A DNA stretch of 64,000 bases, taken from the NCBI GenBank assembly GCA_963808235.1, contig CAWEEQ010000004.1, forward strand, positions 1,760,001 through 1,824,000. The letters are read 5' to 3'. This stretch comes from an uncultured delta proteobacterium. GTDB lineage: Bacteria; Desulfobacterota; Binatia; Binatales; Binataceae. The notes under the pieces are model-generated. The model did not search any database. It saw nothing but the letters and a program-made list of their open reading frames with translations, and was not told where the DNA came from. Both the position numbers and the translations under genes were made by a program. This document shows, one piece after another, positions 22,356-32,826 of this stretch (the stretch's first letter is position 1; every line of letters starts with the position of its first letter).

Positions 22356-23570
22356 TCAGATTACGTTCGTCTCGCGCAGCCGCGCGATATCTTCCCACGA
22401 GTAGCCGAGCATCTCGGTCAGCAGCAGTTCGGTATGCTCGCCGAGTTCGGGTGCGTGGCCCCGCGGATTGCCCGGCGTCGCACTCAATTTTACCGGCATC
22501 CCGAGCAGCGTCATGTTGCCCAGCTCAGGATGCTCATAGTCGACGACATATTCGTTCGCTTTGACCTGCGGATCGTCGGGCAGATCGGACACCGAGTTCA
22601 CAATGGTATAGATAAAGTCGCCACCCCTCTTGAGGATTCGCATCCACTCGTCGCGCGGGCGGGCAGCGAACACGGCATCGAAAATCTCGATCAGGGACGC
22701 GGCGTTCTTGCCGCGCGACCGGGTTTCGGCGAAGCGCGAATCTTCGATGAGTTCCGATTTTCCGATCACGGCGCAGAAATCTTTCCAGTAACGATCCGGC
22801 TGGAGCATCGCGAGCGAGATCCATTTGTCGTCGGCGCATCGATAATGATTCCAGAGCGGATTGAATGCGTTGGCGCGGGTGTTGCGCGGAAATTCCTTGC
22901 CCATGATGGTACGCGCCGCAACGTTCAACCCCTGCAGCGCCATCATCGAGCCCAGATGCGAGGCGTCGACTTCCTGGCCGAGACCGGTGCGCTCGCGCGC
23001 GAAGAGCGCCGCCAGAACTCCGTATGCGAGCATGATCGCGCCCATCTGATCGGCGATTCCGCCAAAGACGTAGGTCGGCGTCGTGGTCCCGGTGCCGACC
23101 GCGTTCATGATTCCAGAGCGCGCCTGCCCAAGGTAATCGAACGACGGCTCGCCGCTGTCTGGGCCGTGGGGGCCGTAGCCGGACGCGCTGGCATAGATGA
23201 TTCGCGGATTGTGCGCGACCAGGTCGGCGTAGCCGAGGCCGAGCCGCGACGCGACGCCCTTGCGAAAATTTTGTACGAAGACGTCGCTTTTGGCGGCGAG
23301 GCGGTGCACGATTTCGCGCGCGCCGGGCCCCTTCAAATCGAGCGCGATGCTTTTCTTGTGCTTGTTGTTCGCCTCGAAATAATAGTTACGGCCGCGCTTG
23401 ACGGTTGCGCTGCCGGCAATCGCCGTAATGCCGCGTCCGGGGTCGCCGCGCTCGCGCTCTTCGATCTTGATGACCTCAGCACCGAGGTCGGCGAGCATCT
23501 GGGTAGCGACCGGGCCCTGCTGCCAGATCGTCCAGTCAATAATTCGAATTCCGTCCAGCGGTCCATTCAT
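22356..23570 (-). CDS. CoA-transferase family III (CaiB/BaiF)
   Basis: PLDGIRIID, GPVATQMLADLGAEVIKIE, DVFVQNFR, APELGEHT; start set at MNGPLDG. Confidence 0.93.
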   Translation of the reverse strand: MNGPLDGIRIIDWTIWQQGPVATQMLADLGAEVIKIEERERGDPGRGITAIAGSATVKRGRNYYFEANNKHKKSIALDLKGPGAREIVHRLAAKSDVFVQNFRKGVASRLGLGYADLVAHNPRIIYASASGYGPHGPDSGEPSFDYLGQARSGIMNAVGTGTTTPTYVFGGIADQMGAIMLAYGVLAALFARERTGLGQEVDASHLGSMMALQGLNVAARTIMGKEFPRNTRANAFNPLWNHYRCADDKWISLAMLQPDRYWKDFCAVIGKSELIEDSRFAETRSRGKNAASLIEIFDAVFAARPRDEWMRILKRGGDFIYTIVNSVSDLPDDPQVKANEYVVDYEHPELGNMTLLGMPVKLSATPGNPRGHAPELGEHTELLLTEMLGYSWEDIARLRETNVI

Positions 23571-23671
23571 GGCTTTTCTATACCACAACCCCGGCCCTTT
23601 GGATTCCGGCACAGCGGCCGCTTGAGTTTTGTCTGCCGCGGGACTGATCATATCAAGACCGATCGATAGAG

Positions 23672-24406
23672 ATGGCTGCTTTCGCACAGGTCCTGGACTT
23701 TCTGTATCCGCCGCGATGCGCTGGGTGCGGCGAAAGGTTCGCACTGCGCGACGGTCATCGCGTGTGTGGCCGATGCGTCGCGAGAGTCGAGCGGATGCCG
23801 GCTGCGCGCTGCGAGATCTGCGGCGGGCCGCTGGAATCGATAGAGAGCGGTACAACGCGATGCGCCCGATGCCTCGCGCAGCGCCCGCATTACCGGGTCG
23901 CGCGCACGATCGCGCGCTATCGCACCACCGGCGAGGACGAACCGGGAAGTCTGCCCGCGCTGATTCGTCGCCACAAATACGGACTCGATCAATCGGTCGG
24001 GCGCGCACTCGCGGAATTTTTAGGCGACGAGTTGCCGCTCGAAGCCGGCGATTACGATGTGGTGATTCCGGTGCCGTTGCATTGGCGGCGGCTCTGGTGG
24101 CGCGGATTCAACCAGGCGGCGCTGCTCGCGGCCGAAGTCGCGGCGCGGCTCGACTTGCCGCTCGATACCACGTCGATGACTCGACAGCGCCGAACCGCGC
24201 CGCAGACCGCGCGCCATCATGACGAGCGGATCAAGAATGTCCGCCGCGCGTTTGCGGTGAGCAATCCAGCGCGGGTCAAAGGCCGCCGCGTTCTAATCGT
24301 GGACGACGTGATGACGACCGGCGCGACCGTCGATGAGTGTGCGCGAGTTCTAATCAGGGCCGGCGCCGTGAGCGTCGACGTCTTCACGCTCGCACGGGTG
24401 TTATGA
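23672..24406 (+). CDS. comF: ComF-family protein (double zinc ribbon plus PRTase-like domain)
   Basis: PPRCAGC and further CxxC pairs, PVPLH..RGFNQA, LIVDDVMTTGAT. Confidence 0.92.
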   Translation: MAAFAQVLDFLYPPRCAGCGERFALRDGHRVCGRCVARVERMPAARCEICGGPLESIESGTTRCARCLAQRPHYRVARTIARYRTTGEDEPGSLPALIRRHKYGLDQSVGRALAEFLGDELPLEAGDYDVVIPVPLHWRRLWWRGFNQAALLAAEVAARLDLPLDTTSMTRQRRTAPQTARHHDERIKNVRRAFAVSNPARVKGRRVLIVDDVMTTGATVDECARVLIRAGAVSVDVFTLARVL

Positions 24407-24978
24407 GTGAGTCGGGTCGCGCGGCATGGAACGAGCGTCATCGCGGGCATCCGATTGGCGAGGCGGAGCCATTCCTGGTCGAGATGATGGCGCGGATACC
24501 GCGCGGCATCGTGCTCGATGTCGCGGCGGGACGCGGGCGCAATGCGCTCGCGATGGCGCGCGCGGGGATCCGCGTTGTCGCAGTCGATTGGTCAGCATCC
24601 GCGATGCTGGCTCTGAGAGAGGCCGCGCGAACCGAGAGCCTCGCGGTATGGCCCGTGGTCGCAAACTTGGATAACTTTCATCTCAGAGACGAATCGTTCG
24701 ATGCAATCGTGAATGTAAACTTTCTCGACCGCGCGCTGTTTCCGCAATTTTCGCGCGCGCTCAGGCCCGGAGGAGTTCTGCTCGCCGAGACGTTTCTGAT
24801 CGATCAAGCGAGCATCGGTCATCCACACGACCCGCGCTTCCTGCTCGGTCACGGCGAGCTTGGAGAGTTGGTGGCAGGTCTGGAAATTGAGAACTACCGC
24901 GAGGGGCTGGTGAATTATCCCGATGGAACGCGGGCGTTTCGCGCGTCGGTGGTGGCGAGGAGGAGGGTTTCGATCTGA
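24403..24978 (+). CDS. Class I SAM-dependent methyltransferase (TehB-like)
   Basis: VLDVAAGRGRNA, NFLDR, ALRPGG; ATGA overlap with comF. Confidence 0.88.
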   Translation: MSESGRAAWNERHRGHPIGEAEPFLVEMMARIPRGIVLDVAAGRGRNALAMARAGIRVVAVDWSASAMLALREAARTESLAVWPVVANLDNFHLRDESFDAIVNVNFLDRALFPQFSRALRPGGVLLAETFLIDQASIGHPHDPRFLLGHGELGELVAGLEIENYREGLVNYPDGTRAFRASVVARRRVSI

Positions 24979-26015
24979 TGCCGCCGCGGATGACTTACAA
25001 GGATGCAGGCGTCGATATCGCGCTGAAGCAGCGGCTGATTCCGCTCTTTGGCTCGATAGCGAGGTCCACGTCGGGCGCCGAGGTGCTGGCCGGTGTTGGT
25101 GGATTCGGCGCGCTGGTGGGTCTGAATGGCGCGCGCAAGATGCGCGAGCCGGTGCTGGTCGCGGGCACCGACGGCGTTGGCACCAAGCTGATGATCGCAT
25201 TCAAGACCGGCCGCCACGACACGATCGGCATCGACTGCGTCGCGATGTGCGTGAACGACATCATCTGCCACGCGGCGCGGCCGCTATTTTTTCTCGACTA
25301 CATAGGGTCGGGCAAGCTGCAAGAAAAAGTCGCGCTTGAAATCGTGACCGGCATCGCGCGCGGCTGCAACGAAGCTGGCATGAGCCTGGTCGGCGGTGAA
25401 ACCGCGCAACTCAGCGGACTCTACAAGCCCGGCGAATACGACCTCGCAGGCTTCGCGGTTGGAATCGTCGATCGCGCCGATATCCCCCAGCCGTCGAAAG
25501 TCCGCGCGGGTGACGTGATCGTCGGCATTGCGTCCAGCGGCCTGCACTCCAACGGCTTCTCGCTGGTCCGTAAAGTTTTGCTCGAACGCGCGAAATTCAA
25601 ACTCAATGCACGACTTCCCGGTTTCGAATGGACGCTCGGCGAGGAACTGCTGCGCCCGACGACCATCTACGCGCGCGCCATCGTCGAGATGTTCGATAAG
25701 TTCAAGGTGAACGGGCTGGCCAACATCACCGGCGGCGGCGTGCTCGAAAACGTACCGCGCGTGATGCCGATAGACACCCGCGCCGTGTTCGAGCGCGGCA
25801 GCTGGCCGACGCCGCCCATCTTCAACGTCATACAGCGCGCCGGCAAGATCAGCCGCCTCGAAATGGATCGGACCTTCAACAACGGACTCGGGATGGTAGC
25901 TATTGCGCCGGCGCGCGAGGCCGATCGCATAATCGATCATTTGCGCCGCCGTAATCACGCAGCTTATGTTGTCGGCGAAGTGCGGCGCGGCAAGCGCGGC
26001 GTGACTATTCTCTGA
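24978..26015 (+). CDS. purM: Phosphoribosylformylglycinamidine cyclo-ligase
   Basis: TYKDAGVDI, TDGVGTK, GIDCVAMCVND, GGETA, SSGLHSNGFS. Confidence 0.97.
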   Translation: MPPRMTYKDAGVDIALKQRLIPLFGSIARSTSGAEVLAGVGGFGALVGLNGARKMREPVLVAGTDGVGTKLMIAFKTGRHDTIGIDCVAMCVNDIICHAARPLFFLDYIGSGKLQEKVALEIVTGIARGCNEAGMSLVGGETAQLSGLYKPGEYDLAGFAVGIVDRADIPQPSKVRAGDVIVGIASSGLHSNGFSLVRKVLLERAKFKLNARLPGFEWTLGEELLRPTTIYARAIVEMFDKFKVNGLANITGGGVLENVPRVMPIDTRAVFERGSWPTPPIFNVIQRAGKISRLEMDRTFNNGLGMVAIAPAREADRIIDHLRRRNHAAYVVGEVRRGKRGVTIL

Positions 26016-26045
26016 GGCAGCATTTGCCGCTGAGCGGCATTTGAG

Positions 26046-26714
26046 ATGAGCGATAACCCGCCAATCAAACTTGGCGTCCTGATTTCCGGCACGGGCACCA
26101 ACCTGCAGGCGATCATCGATGCGATTCTGCGCGGCGATCTGAAAGCCGAGATTCGCATCGTCATTTCGAATCGTCCCGAAGCGAATGGACTCGAACGGGC
26201 GCGGCGCCACGGAATCGCGACCGCGGTGATCGAGCATCGCAAGTTCCCTTCGCGCGAGGATTTCGATCGCGCGGTGCTGGCCGCACTTCGTGAGCGCGGC
26301 GTCGAGCTGGTCGCGCTGGCTGGATTCATGCGGCTGTTTTCATCGGTGATGATCGACGCGTTCCCCGGCCGCATCATGAATATCCACAACAGTCTGCTGC
26401 CGTCGTTTCCGGGAATTCACGGACCCAAGGATGCGATCGAGTCCGGCGTCAAGATTGCGGGATGCAGCGTTTTCTTCGTCACGCCCGGCGTCGATACCGG
26501 CCCGATAATCGTCCAAGCCGCGGTGCCGGTCCTGCCCGGTGACGATGAGCAGCGCCTGGCAGCGAGAATCCTTCAGCAGGAGCATCGAATCTTTCCGTAC
26601 GCGATTCGACTCTTCCAGGAAAGACGTCTCGAAATTGATGGCCGCAAGGTAAACATCAAGGGCGATTCGAGCGGGCCGCATTCGGGACCGTTGTTAAATC
26701 CTTCGACGGATTAG
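26046..26714 (+). CDS. purN: Phosphoribosylglycinamide formyltransferase
   Basis: LISGTGTNLQA, LAGFMR, NIHNSLLPSFPG, GVDTGPII; directly after purM. Confidence 0.96.
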   Translation: MSDNPPIKLGVLISGTGTNLQAIIDAILRGDLKAEIRIVISNRPEANGLERARRHGIATAVIEHRKFPSREDFDRAVLAALRERGVELVALAGFMRLFSSVMIDAFPGRIMNIHNSLLPSFPGIHGPKDAIESGVKIAGCSVFFVTPGVDTGPIIVQAAVPVLPGDDEQRLAARILQQEHRIFPYAIRLFQERRLEIDGRKVNIKGDSSGPHSGPLLNPSTD

Positions 26715-26813
26715 AGAGCTCGGGACTGAACAAGGGGTCTTCAAACAGGGCTGTAAGCAAATCCGAACGGCGGATAATGCCGCGTCCTTGGTCGCGAGAG
26801 GGAGGTTGGAAGC

Positions 26814-27635
26814 ATGGATCGTGTCGATGGGAAGACCGCATTCATAACTGGAGGAGCGCGCGGGATCGGACTGGGTATCGCTCGCGCCTTAGCTCGAGCT
26901 GGCGCGAAATTGGCGCTCGCGGATATCGATCAATCCTCGCTGGCCGCAGCAAAATCCGAGCTCTCGGACTTAACCACGGTCGAGACGTTCCTGCTCGACG
27001 TCCGCGACCGCTCAGCTTATGCGCGAGTCGCCGACGAAACGGAATCTCGACTCGGTCCAGTGTCAATTCTGTGCAACAACGCCGGAGTGGCCGGAGACGC
27101 GCACGTTGCGCGCCTGACTTACGAATATTGGGACTGGGTAATCGGAATTAATCTGAATGGCGTGATCAATGGAGTCCAGACCTTTCTGCCTCGGATGCTC
27201 CAACGGGGCGGTGGCGGGCATATAGTCAACACAGCTTCGGGCGCGGGACTCGCCGCCACCTCCAGCGGTCTCTTATATACAACCTCGAAATTCGCGGTGG
27301 TGGGTCTTTCGGAATCCCTACGGCTCGAGCTCGAACCGTTCAAGATTGGCGTCAGCGTATTGTGCCCGGGCCCCGTCAATACGAAGATCATATCGAACAG
27401 CAACGCCACCCGGCCCTCATCGTCGGCGACCGTCGAGGGAACGAAAATGCGGGAAACCGCAATCATGCGAGCCAACGCCATTCTAGCCGCGGGCGCCGAT
27501 CCAAACGAGGTTGGCGAAATGGTCCTCGCCGCCGTAAAGACCGATCGCCTCTATATCCATACCGATCGAATCATGGCAGGACTGATCGAGGCGCGAGCCA
27601 AGGCCCTGCTCGATGCAATGCCACCATGGAAATAG
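26814..27635 (+). CDS. SDR-family oxidoreductase
   Basis: TGGARGIG, NNAG, YTTSK. Confidence 0.93.
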   Translation: MDRVDGKTAFITGGARGIGLGIARALARAGAKLALADIDQSSLAAAKSELSDLTTVETFLLDVRDRSAYARVADETESRLGPVSILCNNAGVAGDAHVARLTYEYWDWVIGINLNGVINGVQTFLPRMLQRGGGGHIVNTASGAGLAATSSGLLYTTSKFAVVGLSESLRLELEPFKIGVSVLCPGPVNTKIISNSNATRPSSSATVEGTKMRETAIMRANAILAAGADPNEVGEMVLAAVKTDRLYIHTDRIMAGLIEARAKALLDAMPPWK

Positions 27636-27638
27636 CGA

Positions 27639-28322
27639 TTGAAAACTCTTTCGATAATTGTGCCGATGCTCGATGAGGCGGAGGCGATCTCGCGCACGCT
27701 CATCGCGCTGCGGCGCGGAGCTCCCGAAGCCGAGATAATCGTCGTTGACGGCGGCAGCGCCGATGCGTCGGTCGCAATTGCCGAACCGCTCTGCGATCGG
27801 GTAGTCGCAGCTTCTCGGGGGCGCGCGCGGCAGATGAATGCAGGCGCGAAGCTCGCGCAGACAGACGCGCTCGCATTCGTTCACGCCGATACGATAGTGC
27901 CGGCGAGCTTCGGCGGAGACATCACATCCGCTTTGGCGAATCCGGCGATCGTCGGTGGAAGGTTCGACGTCGAACTCGACGCGAGCGCCATTCCTTATCG
28001 AATAATTGGCGCGATGATCAGCATGCGCTCGCGGCTGAGCCGGACCGGTACCGGCGATCAGGCGATCTTTGTCCGCCGCGAGGTGTTCGAGCGGCTCGGC
28101 GGTTTTCCCGAGCTCGACGTGTGCGAGGATCTCGAATTCTCGCGGCGTCTCAAGCGCGCGGGCACGGTCGCGTGCCTGCGCTCGCGAGTGACCACGTCGG
28201 CCCGGCGCTGGAATCGCGACGGACTCGCGCGCACGGTGATTCGGATGTGGATGATTCGCGCGATGTACCTGATGGGCATCTCACCCGCGCGGCTCAAGCG
28301 CATGTACGCGGACACTAGATAG
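27639..28322 (+). CDS. GT2 glycosyltransferase (TIGR04283-like)
   Basis: VVDGGSAD, GRARQMNAGA, FVHAD, TGDQAIF, TSARRW. Confidence 0.9.
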   Translation: MKTLSIIVPMLDEAEAISRTLIALRRGAPEAEIIVVDGGSADASVAIAEPLCDRVVAASRGRARQMNAGAKLAQTDALAFVHADTIVPASFGGDITSALANPAIVGGRFDVELDASAIPYRIIGAMISMRSRLSRTGTGDQAIFVRREVFERLGGFPELDVCEDLEFSRRLKRAGTVACLRSRVTTSARRWNRDGLARTVIRMWMIRAMYLMGISPARLKRMYADTR

Positions 28323-28393
28323 ACGGCATTTTGCGATAGCCACTGGACAGGCATTTGCGCGCAGATGAGAATGTGAGAATCGAGGTTTGCGCT

Positions 28394-28663
28394 GTGGCGA
28401 AAGTCGAACTCTACACAACCACCTACTGTCCGTTCTGCACGCGGGCCAAGAACCTGCTCAAGAGCAAGGGCGTGGCTTTCGAAGAAATCGATGTGACCGA
28501 CGACGATGAGCTGCGCGAGAAGATGATCGAAATGTCCGGCGGGCGGCGCACCGTCCCGGAAATATTCATCAACGGCAAGATTATCGGCGGCTTCGACGAA
28601 TTGAAGGCACTCGATGCCGAAGGCAAGCTCGACGGTCTGCTCGCTGCCGACGCGCACGCCTGA
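28394..28663 (+). CDS. grxC: Glutaredoxin 3
   Basis: CPFC active site, TVPEIFING, IGGFDEL; GTG start after GAGG. Confidence 0.93.
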   Translation: MAKVELYTTTYCPFCTRAKNLLKSKGVAFEEIDVTDDDELREKMIEMSGGRRTVPEIFINGKIIGGFDELKALDAEGKLDGLLAADAHA

Positions 28664-28783
28664 GAAAGCTTCTTCCCGCTAAAAAAATAGGCGCCCCGCG
28701 GATTAATCCCGCTAGGCGCCCATTTCTTCTCAAGGCGCGACACCGGAGCCGCCTCCTGACTCAAGTGCAGGAGCCGGCGCCTG

Positions 28784-29233
28784 CTACTGATTGTTGCTGG
28801 GTGACGCGACCATCCCTTCGTTCATGTGATGCAGAGCGGCGCGATCGACCGTCGAGTCGTAGGCAATCGCTTTTCCGGTGACGGTGATCGTCCCGCCGTC
28901 GGCGGAAATCGTCTGGTTCTCGTCGACGATCGCGTCGATGGTGTCGGGCCACTTCTCAAACGCCATCTTCTTCAGCTTGTCGCTGATTTTTGCCTCGTCG
29001 ATAGCATCGGGTGAGAACGGCTCCGTATAGGTCACGTCGCCGAGCGTGCTGTACGGTTTCCCCGCCGGCGGCGCTTCGGTAGTCACCCAGATGTGCGCCA
29101 TGTCCATCCGATGGATGGTCTCCTGCTGCTTCGTCGCCTCAGCGTTACGTTGCGCCTCGACCGCAGCGCAAGCGGAGAGTCCGAGCGCCAGCCCGAGAGC
29201 TATCACCAAGCCAAGAATTTTCGATGAACGCAT
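28784..29233 (-). CDS. Hypothetical lipoprotein
   Basis: Lipobox LSAC after a hydrophobic leader. Confidence 0.8.
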   Translation of the reverse strand: MRSSKILGLVIALGLALGLSACAAVEAQRNAEATKQQETIHRMDMAHIWVTTEAPPAGKPYSTLGDVTYTEPFSPDAIDEAKISDKLKKMAFEKWPDTIDAIVDENQTISADGGTITVTGKAIAYDSTVDRAALHHMNEGMVASPSNNQ

Positions 29234-29410
29234 TTTCTTCCCCGTGAACTAATTCGCGTTTGATTTTCAATTCAATTATAGCCGCGCCCACGCAGATGTC
29301 TAATACGTTCGATGCGTGCTGCTAACTCTTATTTCACCGAATGGCACGTGCGGGCAAGTGAGCCACGGCGGGGTCTGTCGGGGCGCGTCCGTGACCGATA
29401 GTATTCCCGC

Positions 29411-30247
29411 GTGACCAGATTTGCCGCCTGCTTCATCCTGGTGTTCGGAGAACTCGCCTGGGGTGGAATCTTCGCGCTTTCGATTCCGCCCTTCTTCAAC
29501 GTCGAGCGAGGTTTTTACAAATCGAGCGCGTCAGTGTACCTGGCGGCGGCGCTTACGACCGCGATCGGGCTGGGATTTCTGGCTGCTCGCGGCGGGCCTC
29601 CCAATGGACCGGGTGCGGCGGCTCTATGGAGCGCAGCGTCATTGTGGGCCGCCTCGAGCCTGACTTTCGCAGCCTATCTTTACACGCTGTGGACTGAAAA
29701 CGGGCTTCTCCGCGCGCGCCTTTATCTCGCGAGCCTGCTGCTCGGCCTGGTTGCGGTGATCGCCAACGTGATGCTGCTGATGCCGCGCGATTATGGCGCG
29801 ATCGCCGCGGTCACCTACGCGCTTACCGCGATTACCTCCGCACTGATGCTGGGCCTCGTGAGCGGCGCGATGCTGTTCGGTCATTGGTACCTGATCGACC
29901 TCGAGATGCCGGTCGACTACCTGCGTTCGTTCGTGCGGATGCTCGGGGTAGTGCTGATCGCGGACCTCGTGGCGCTCGGACTTGCAGTCGCGCTTCCGGC
30001 GTTGATCGGTGGCGCGGCCGGTATCGCAGCCGTACGCGAGCTGTTCGCATCTCACCTGGAATTGCTGGCGGTTCGAATACTGCTCGGCCCGATCGCCACG
30101 ATCGTGCTGGTCTGGATGTGCTGGCAGACGCTCAAAATTCCGCAGACCATGGCGGCGACCGGCCTGCTCTACATCGCGGTGATGTCGGTGCTGGTGGGCG
30201 AGATGCTGGGCCGGTTTATTTTGTTTCGCACCGCCGTGCCTCTCTGA
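29411..30247 (+). CDS. Polytopic membrane protein (DmsC/NrfD-anchor-like, uncertain)
   Basis: About 8 TM segments; LFGHWYL and GEMLGRFILF. Confidence 0.75.
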   Translation: MTRFAACFILVFGELAWGGIFALSIPPFFNVERGFYKSSASVYLAAALTTAIGLGFLAARGGPPNGPGAAALWSAASLWAASSLTFAAYLYTLWTENGLLRARLYLASLLLGLVAVIANVMLLMPRDYGAIAAVTYALTAITSALMLGLVSGAMLFGHWYLIDLEMPVDYLRSFVRMLGVVLIADLVALGLAVALPALIGGAAGIAAVRELFASHLELLAVRILLGPIATIVLVWMCWQTLKIPQTMAATGLLYIAVMSVLVGEMLGRFILFRTAVPL

Positions 30248-30405
30248 ACTTCAACGTCTTCATAGATATCTTAATAGATGTCTTTGGTAAGCGGTTCAGG
30301 CTTGTCATTGGCGGATATTTCGGGTTAATTTCGAAACTTCCTGTTCTCAAAAATTTTGATCGCGAGGCAATGTTTACGGTTGCAGCGTTCGATTAGTTCA
30401 GCGTC

Positions 30406-32124
30406 GTGAAGACCCGAAAGAATTCCGCCCGCGAGTTGCCCAAAACTCCGACCGGCATTCGCGGCCTTGACGACATCACCTACGGAGGGCTCCCCACGGG
30501 ACGGCCGACGCTCGTCTGCGGCGGCGCTGGATGCGGCAAAACGCTACTGGGACTGGAGTTTTTGATCAATGGCGCCCGGAATTATTCGGAACCGGGCGTT
30601 TTCATAGCCTTTGAAGAGACTCCGGAGGAGTTGGTCGCAAACGTCTCCTCTCTTGGCTTCGAACTCAACCGGCTGATTGACAAACGAATGATCGCGCTCG
30701 ACCACTTGCGTATCGAGCGCAGCGAGATCGAAGAAACCGGCGAATACGATCTCGAGGGACTTTTCATCCGTCTCCAATATGCGATCGATTTGGTCGGCGC
30801 AAAAAGGGTGGTGCTCGATACCCTGGAATCTCTGTTCGCCGGATTCTCCAACGCATCGATCCTGCGCTCCGAGCTTCGCCGGCTTTTTCAATGGCTCAAG
30901 TCAAAAGGCGTCACCGCGGTGGTCACAGCCGAGCGCGGCGATGGCACCCTGACCCGCCAGGGCCTCGAGGAGTACGTAGCGGATTGCGTGATCCTGCTCG
31001 ATCACCGGGTCATCGATCAGATCTCGACCCGGCGTTTGCGGATCATCAAGTATCGCGGCTCGGCGCATGGGAGCAATGAATTTCCCTTCCTTATCGACGA
31101 GGGTGGATTTTCGGTCCTGCCGATCACTTCGCTCAGCCTCGATCATCAGGTCTCCGGCGAGATCGTGCCGTCGGGTGTTCGAGACCTCGATGAGATGCTC
31201 GGGGTGGGCGGCTACTTCAAGGGCAGCAGCGTGCTGGTCTCGGGAACCGCGGGTACTGGTAAATCGACGCTGGCCGCATCGCTATGCCGCGCGACATGCA
31301 GCGCGGGCGGGCGCTGTCTGTACTTTTCATTTGAAGAATCACCCAGTCAGATCGTCCGAAACATGCGTTCGGTCGGAATCGATCTGCGGCCCTTCGTAAA
31401 TAAAGGATTGCTGCAAATTATCGCGAACCGGCCGGCCATATATGGCTTGGAAAGGCACCTGGTTTCAATCCATAAGCAGATTAGCGCGTTTCGGCCCGCC
31501 GTAGTCGTCATCGATCCCATCTCGAGCTTGATCTCGTCCGCCGACCGCGGCGACGTGCTTGCGATGACGACGCGGCTGATCGACTTCCTTAAGGCCGGGC
31601 AGATTACCGGTTTCTTCATCAGCCTCTCGAATGTCGACGGAAACCTCGAAAAGACCGAAATAAGCATTTCCTCGCTGATGGATACTTGGCTGCTGCTGCG
31701 CGATATAGAGATCAACGGCGAGCGCAATCGTGGCATGTACGTTCTGAAGTCACGTGGTATGGCTCATTCCAATCAGATTCGCGAATTTGTGCTGACCAAC
31801 AAAGGTATTAGACTCTTGAAAGTCTATCTCGGGAGCGAAGGGGTCCTGACCGGTTCGGCTCGGGTGGCGCAGGAAGCGAAAGAAAAAGAGGCGGCTCTGG
31901 AGCGTTCGCAGCGGAGCGAGCTGGCTGCGGCCGAACTCGAACGTAAACGAAAATCCATGGAGGCCCGGATTACCGCGATGCGCGCGGAATTCGAAGCGGA
32001 AAAACAGGAAGCCGCCAAGCTGAGTTCGCAAGACCAGATGCGCGCCGGACGAATCGACGCCGATCGCGCCGCAATGGCCGCCAGCCGCGGAAAAAATGGA
32101 CAGCAGAGGTCGCGTGACATATGA
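30406..32124 (+). CDS. kaiC: Circadian clock ATPase KaiC (KaiC2-like, Ser-Ser phosphosites, coiled-coil C-tail)
   Basis: Two RecA domains (GGAGCGKT, GTAGTGKS), FEE catalytic motifs, ISSLMDTW, KSRGMAHSNQIREF. Confidence 0.96.
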   Translation: MKTRKNSARELPKTPTGIRGLDDITYGGLPTGRPTLVCGGAGCGKTLLGLEFLINGARNYSEPGVFIAFEETPEELVANVSSLGFELNRLIDKRMIALDHLRIERSEIEETGEYDLEGLFIRLQYAIDLVGAKRVVLDTLESLFAGFSNASILRSELRRLFQWLKSKGVTAVVTAERGDGTLTRQGLEEYVADCVILLDHRVIDQISTRRLRIIKYRGSAHGSNEFPFLIDEGGFSVLPITSLSLDHQVSGEIVPSGVRDLDEMLGVGGYFKGSSVLVSGTAGTGKSTLAASLCRATCSAGGRCLYFSFEESPSQIVRNMRSVGIDLRPFVNKGLLQIIANRPAIYGLERHLVSIHKQISAFRPAVVVIDPISSLISSADRGDVLAMTTRLIDFLKAGQITGFFISLSNVDGNLEKTEISISSLMDTWLLLRDIEINGERNRGMYVLKSRGMAHSNQIREFVLTNKGIRLLKVYLGSEGVLTGSARVAQEAKEKEAALERSQRSELAAAELERKRKSMEARITAMRAEFEAEKQEAAKLSSQDQMRAGRIDADRAAMAASRGKNGQQRSRDI

Positions 32125-32474
32125 TCAGGAGGAAGAAACGCGCGGCCAAACCGACTCGCACAGCCAAGTCCAACGGCAAAGCGAGGTCGAAGAGTGAGGT
32201 GTGGAACCTGCGCCTCTACATCGCCGGGCAAACCACCAAGTCGATCGCGGCTATCGCCAATCTAAAACGCATCTGCGAAGGGTATAAGCCGATCCGCTTT
32301 AAAGTTGATGTGATCGATTTGATGCAGAAACCGCACCTGGCGCGCCACGATCAGATAGTCGCGATACCGACGCTGATTCGGGACGTTCCCGTGCCCATCA
32401 AGCGCATCATCGGAGATCTCTCCGCAACCGAACGGGTGCTCGTCGGTCTGGACCTGATACCGCCAAAAGCCTAA
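32121..32474 (+). CDS. kaiB: KaiB-family protein
   Basis: LRLYIAGQT, AIANL, IVAIPTL, RIIGDLS. Confidence 0.93.
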   Translation: MIRRKKRAAKPTRTAKSNGKARSKSEVWNLRLYIAGQTTKSIAAIANLKRICEGYKPIRFKVDVIDLMQKPHLARHDQIVAIPTLIRDVPVPIKRIIGDLSATERVLVGLDLIPPKA

Positions 32475-32496
32475 TCAAGAATAGAGGACTGCTGCG

Positions 32497-32826
32497 ATGC
32501 CGATCGCGCTAACAAAAAAACGCCGCGCGATGCTCAAAGGCCAGCTATACGTGCTGCGGCTTTATACCAGCGGATCCACTCCCCGCTCCGCGCGAGCGAT
32601 CCGAAATCTCAAGCGTATCTGCGAAAGCCGGCTCGAGGGGCGCTACCAGCTCGACGTTATCGATATCTACCAGCAGCCGGGACGCGCGCAGCGCGATCAG
32701 ATAATCGCGACTCCAACCTTGATCAAGGAAGAGCCCTCGCCGCGCCGTGTCCTGGTCGGTGACTTCTCGCGCGATGACCGCGTGCTCGCCGGTCTGTCGC
32801 TCCCGCCGTTATCGGCCACATCATGA
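32497..32826 (+). CDS. kaiB: Second KaiB-family protein
   Basis: YVLRLY..GSTPRS.RAIRNL, IIATPTLIK, VGDFS. Confidence 0.92.
   Translation: MPIALTKKRRAMLKGQLYVLRLYTSGSTPRSARAIRNLKRICESRLEGRYQLDVIDIYQQPGRAQRDQIIATPTLIKEEPSPRRVLVGDFSRDDRVLAGLSLPPLSATS

Noticed and set aside
23571-24008. Long N-terminal extension of the CoA-transferase ORF
   Set aside because: It overlaps comF on the opposite strand; family similarity begins at MNGPLDG.
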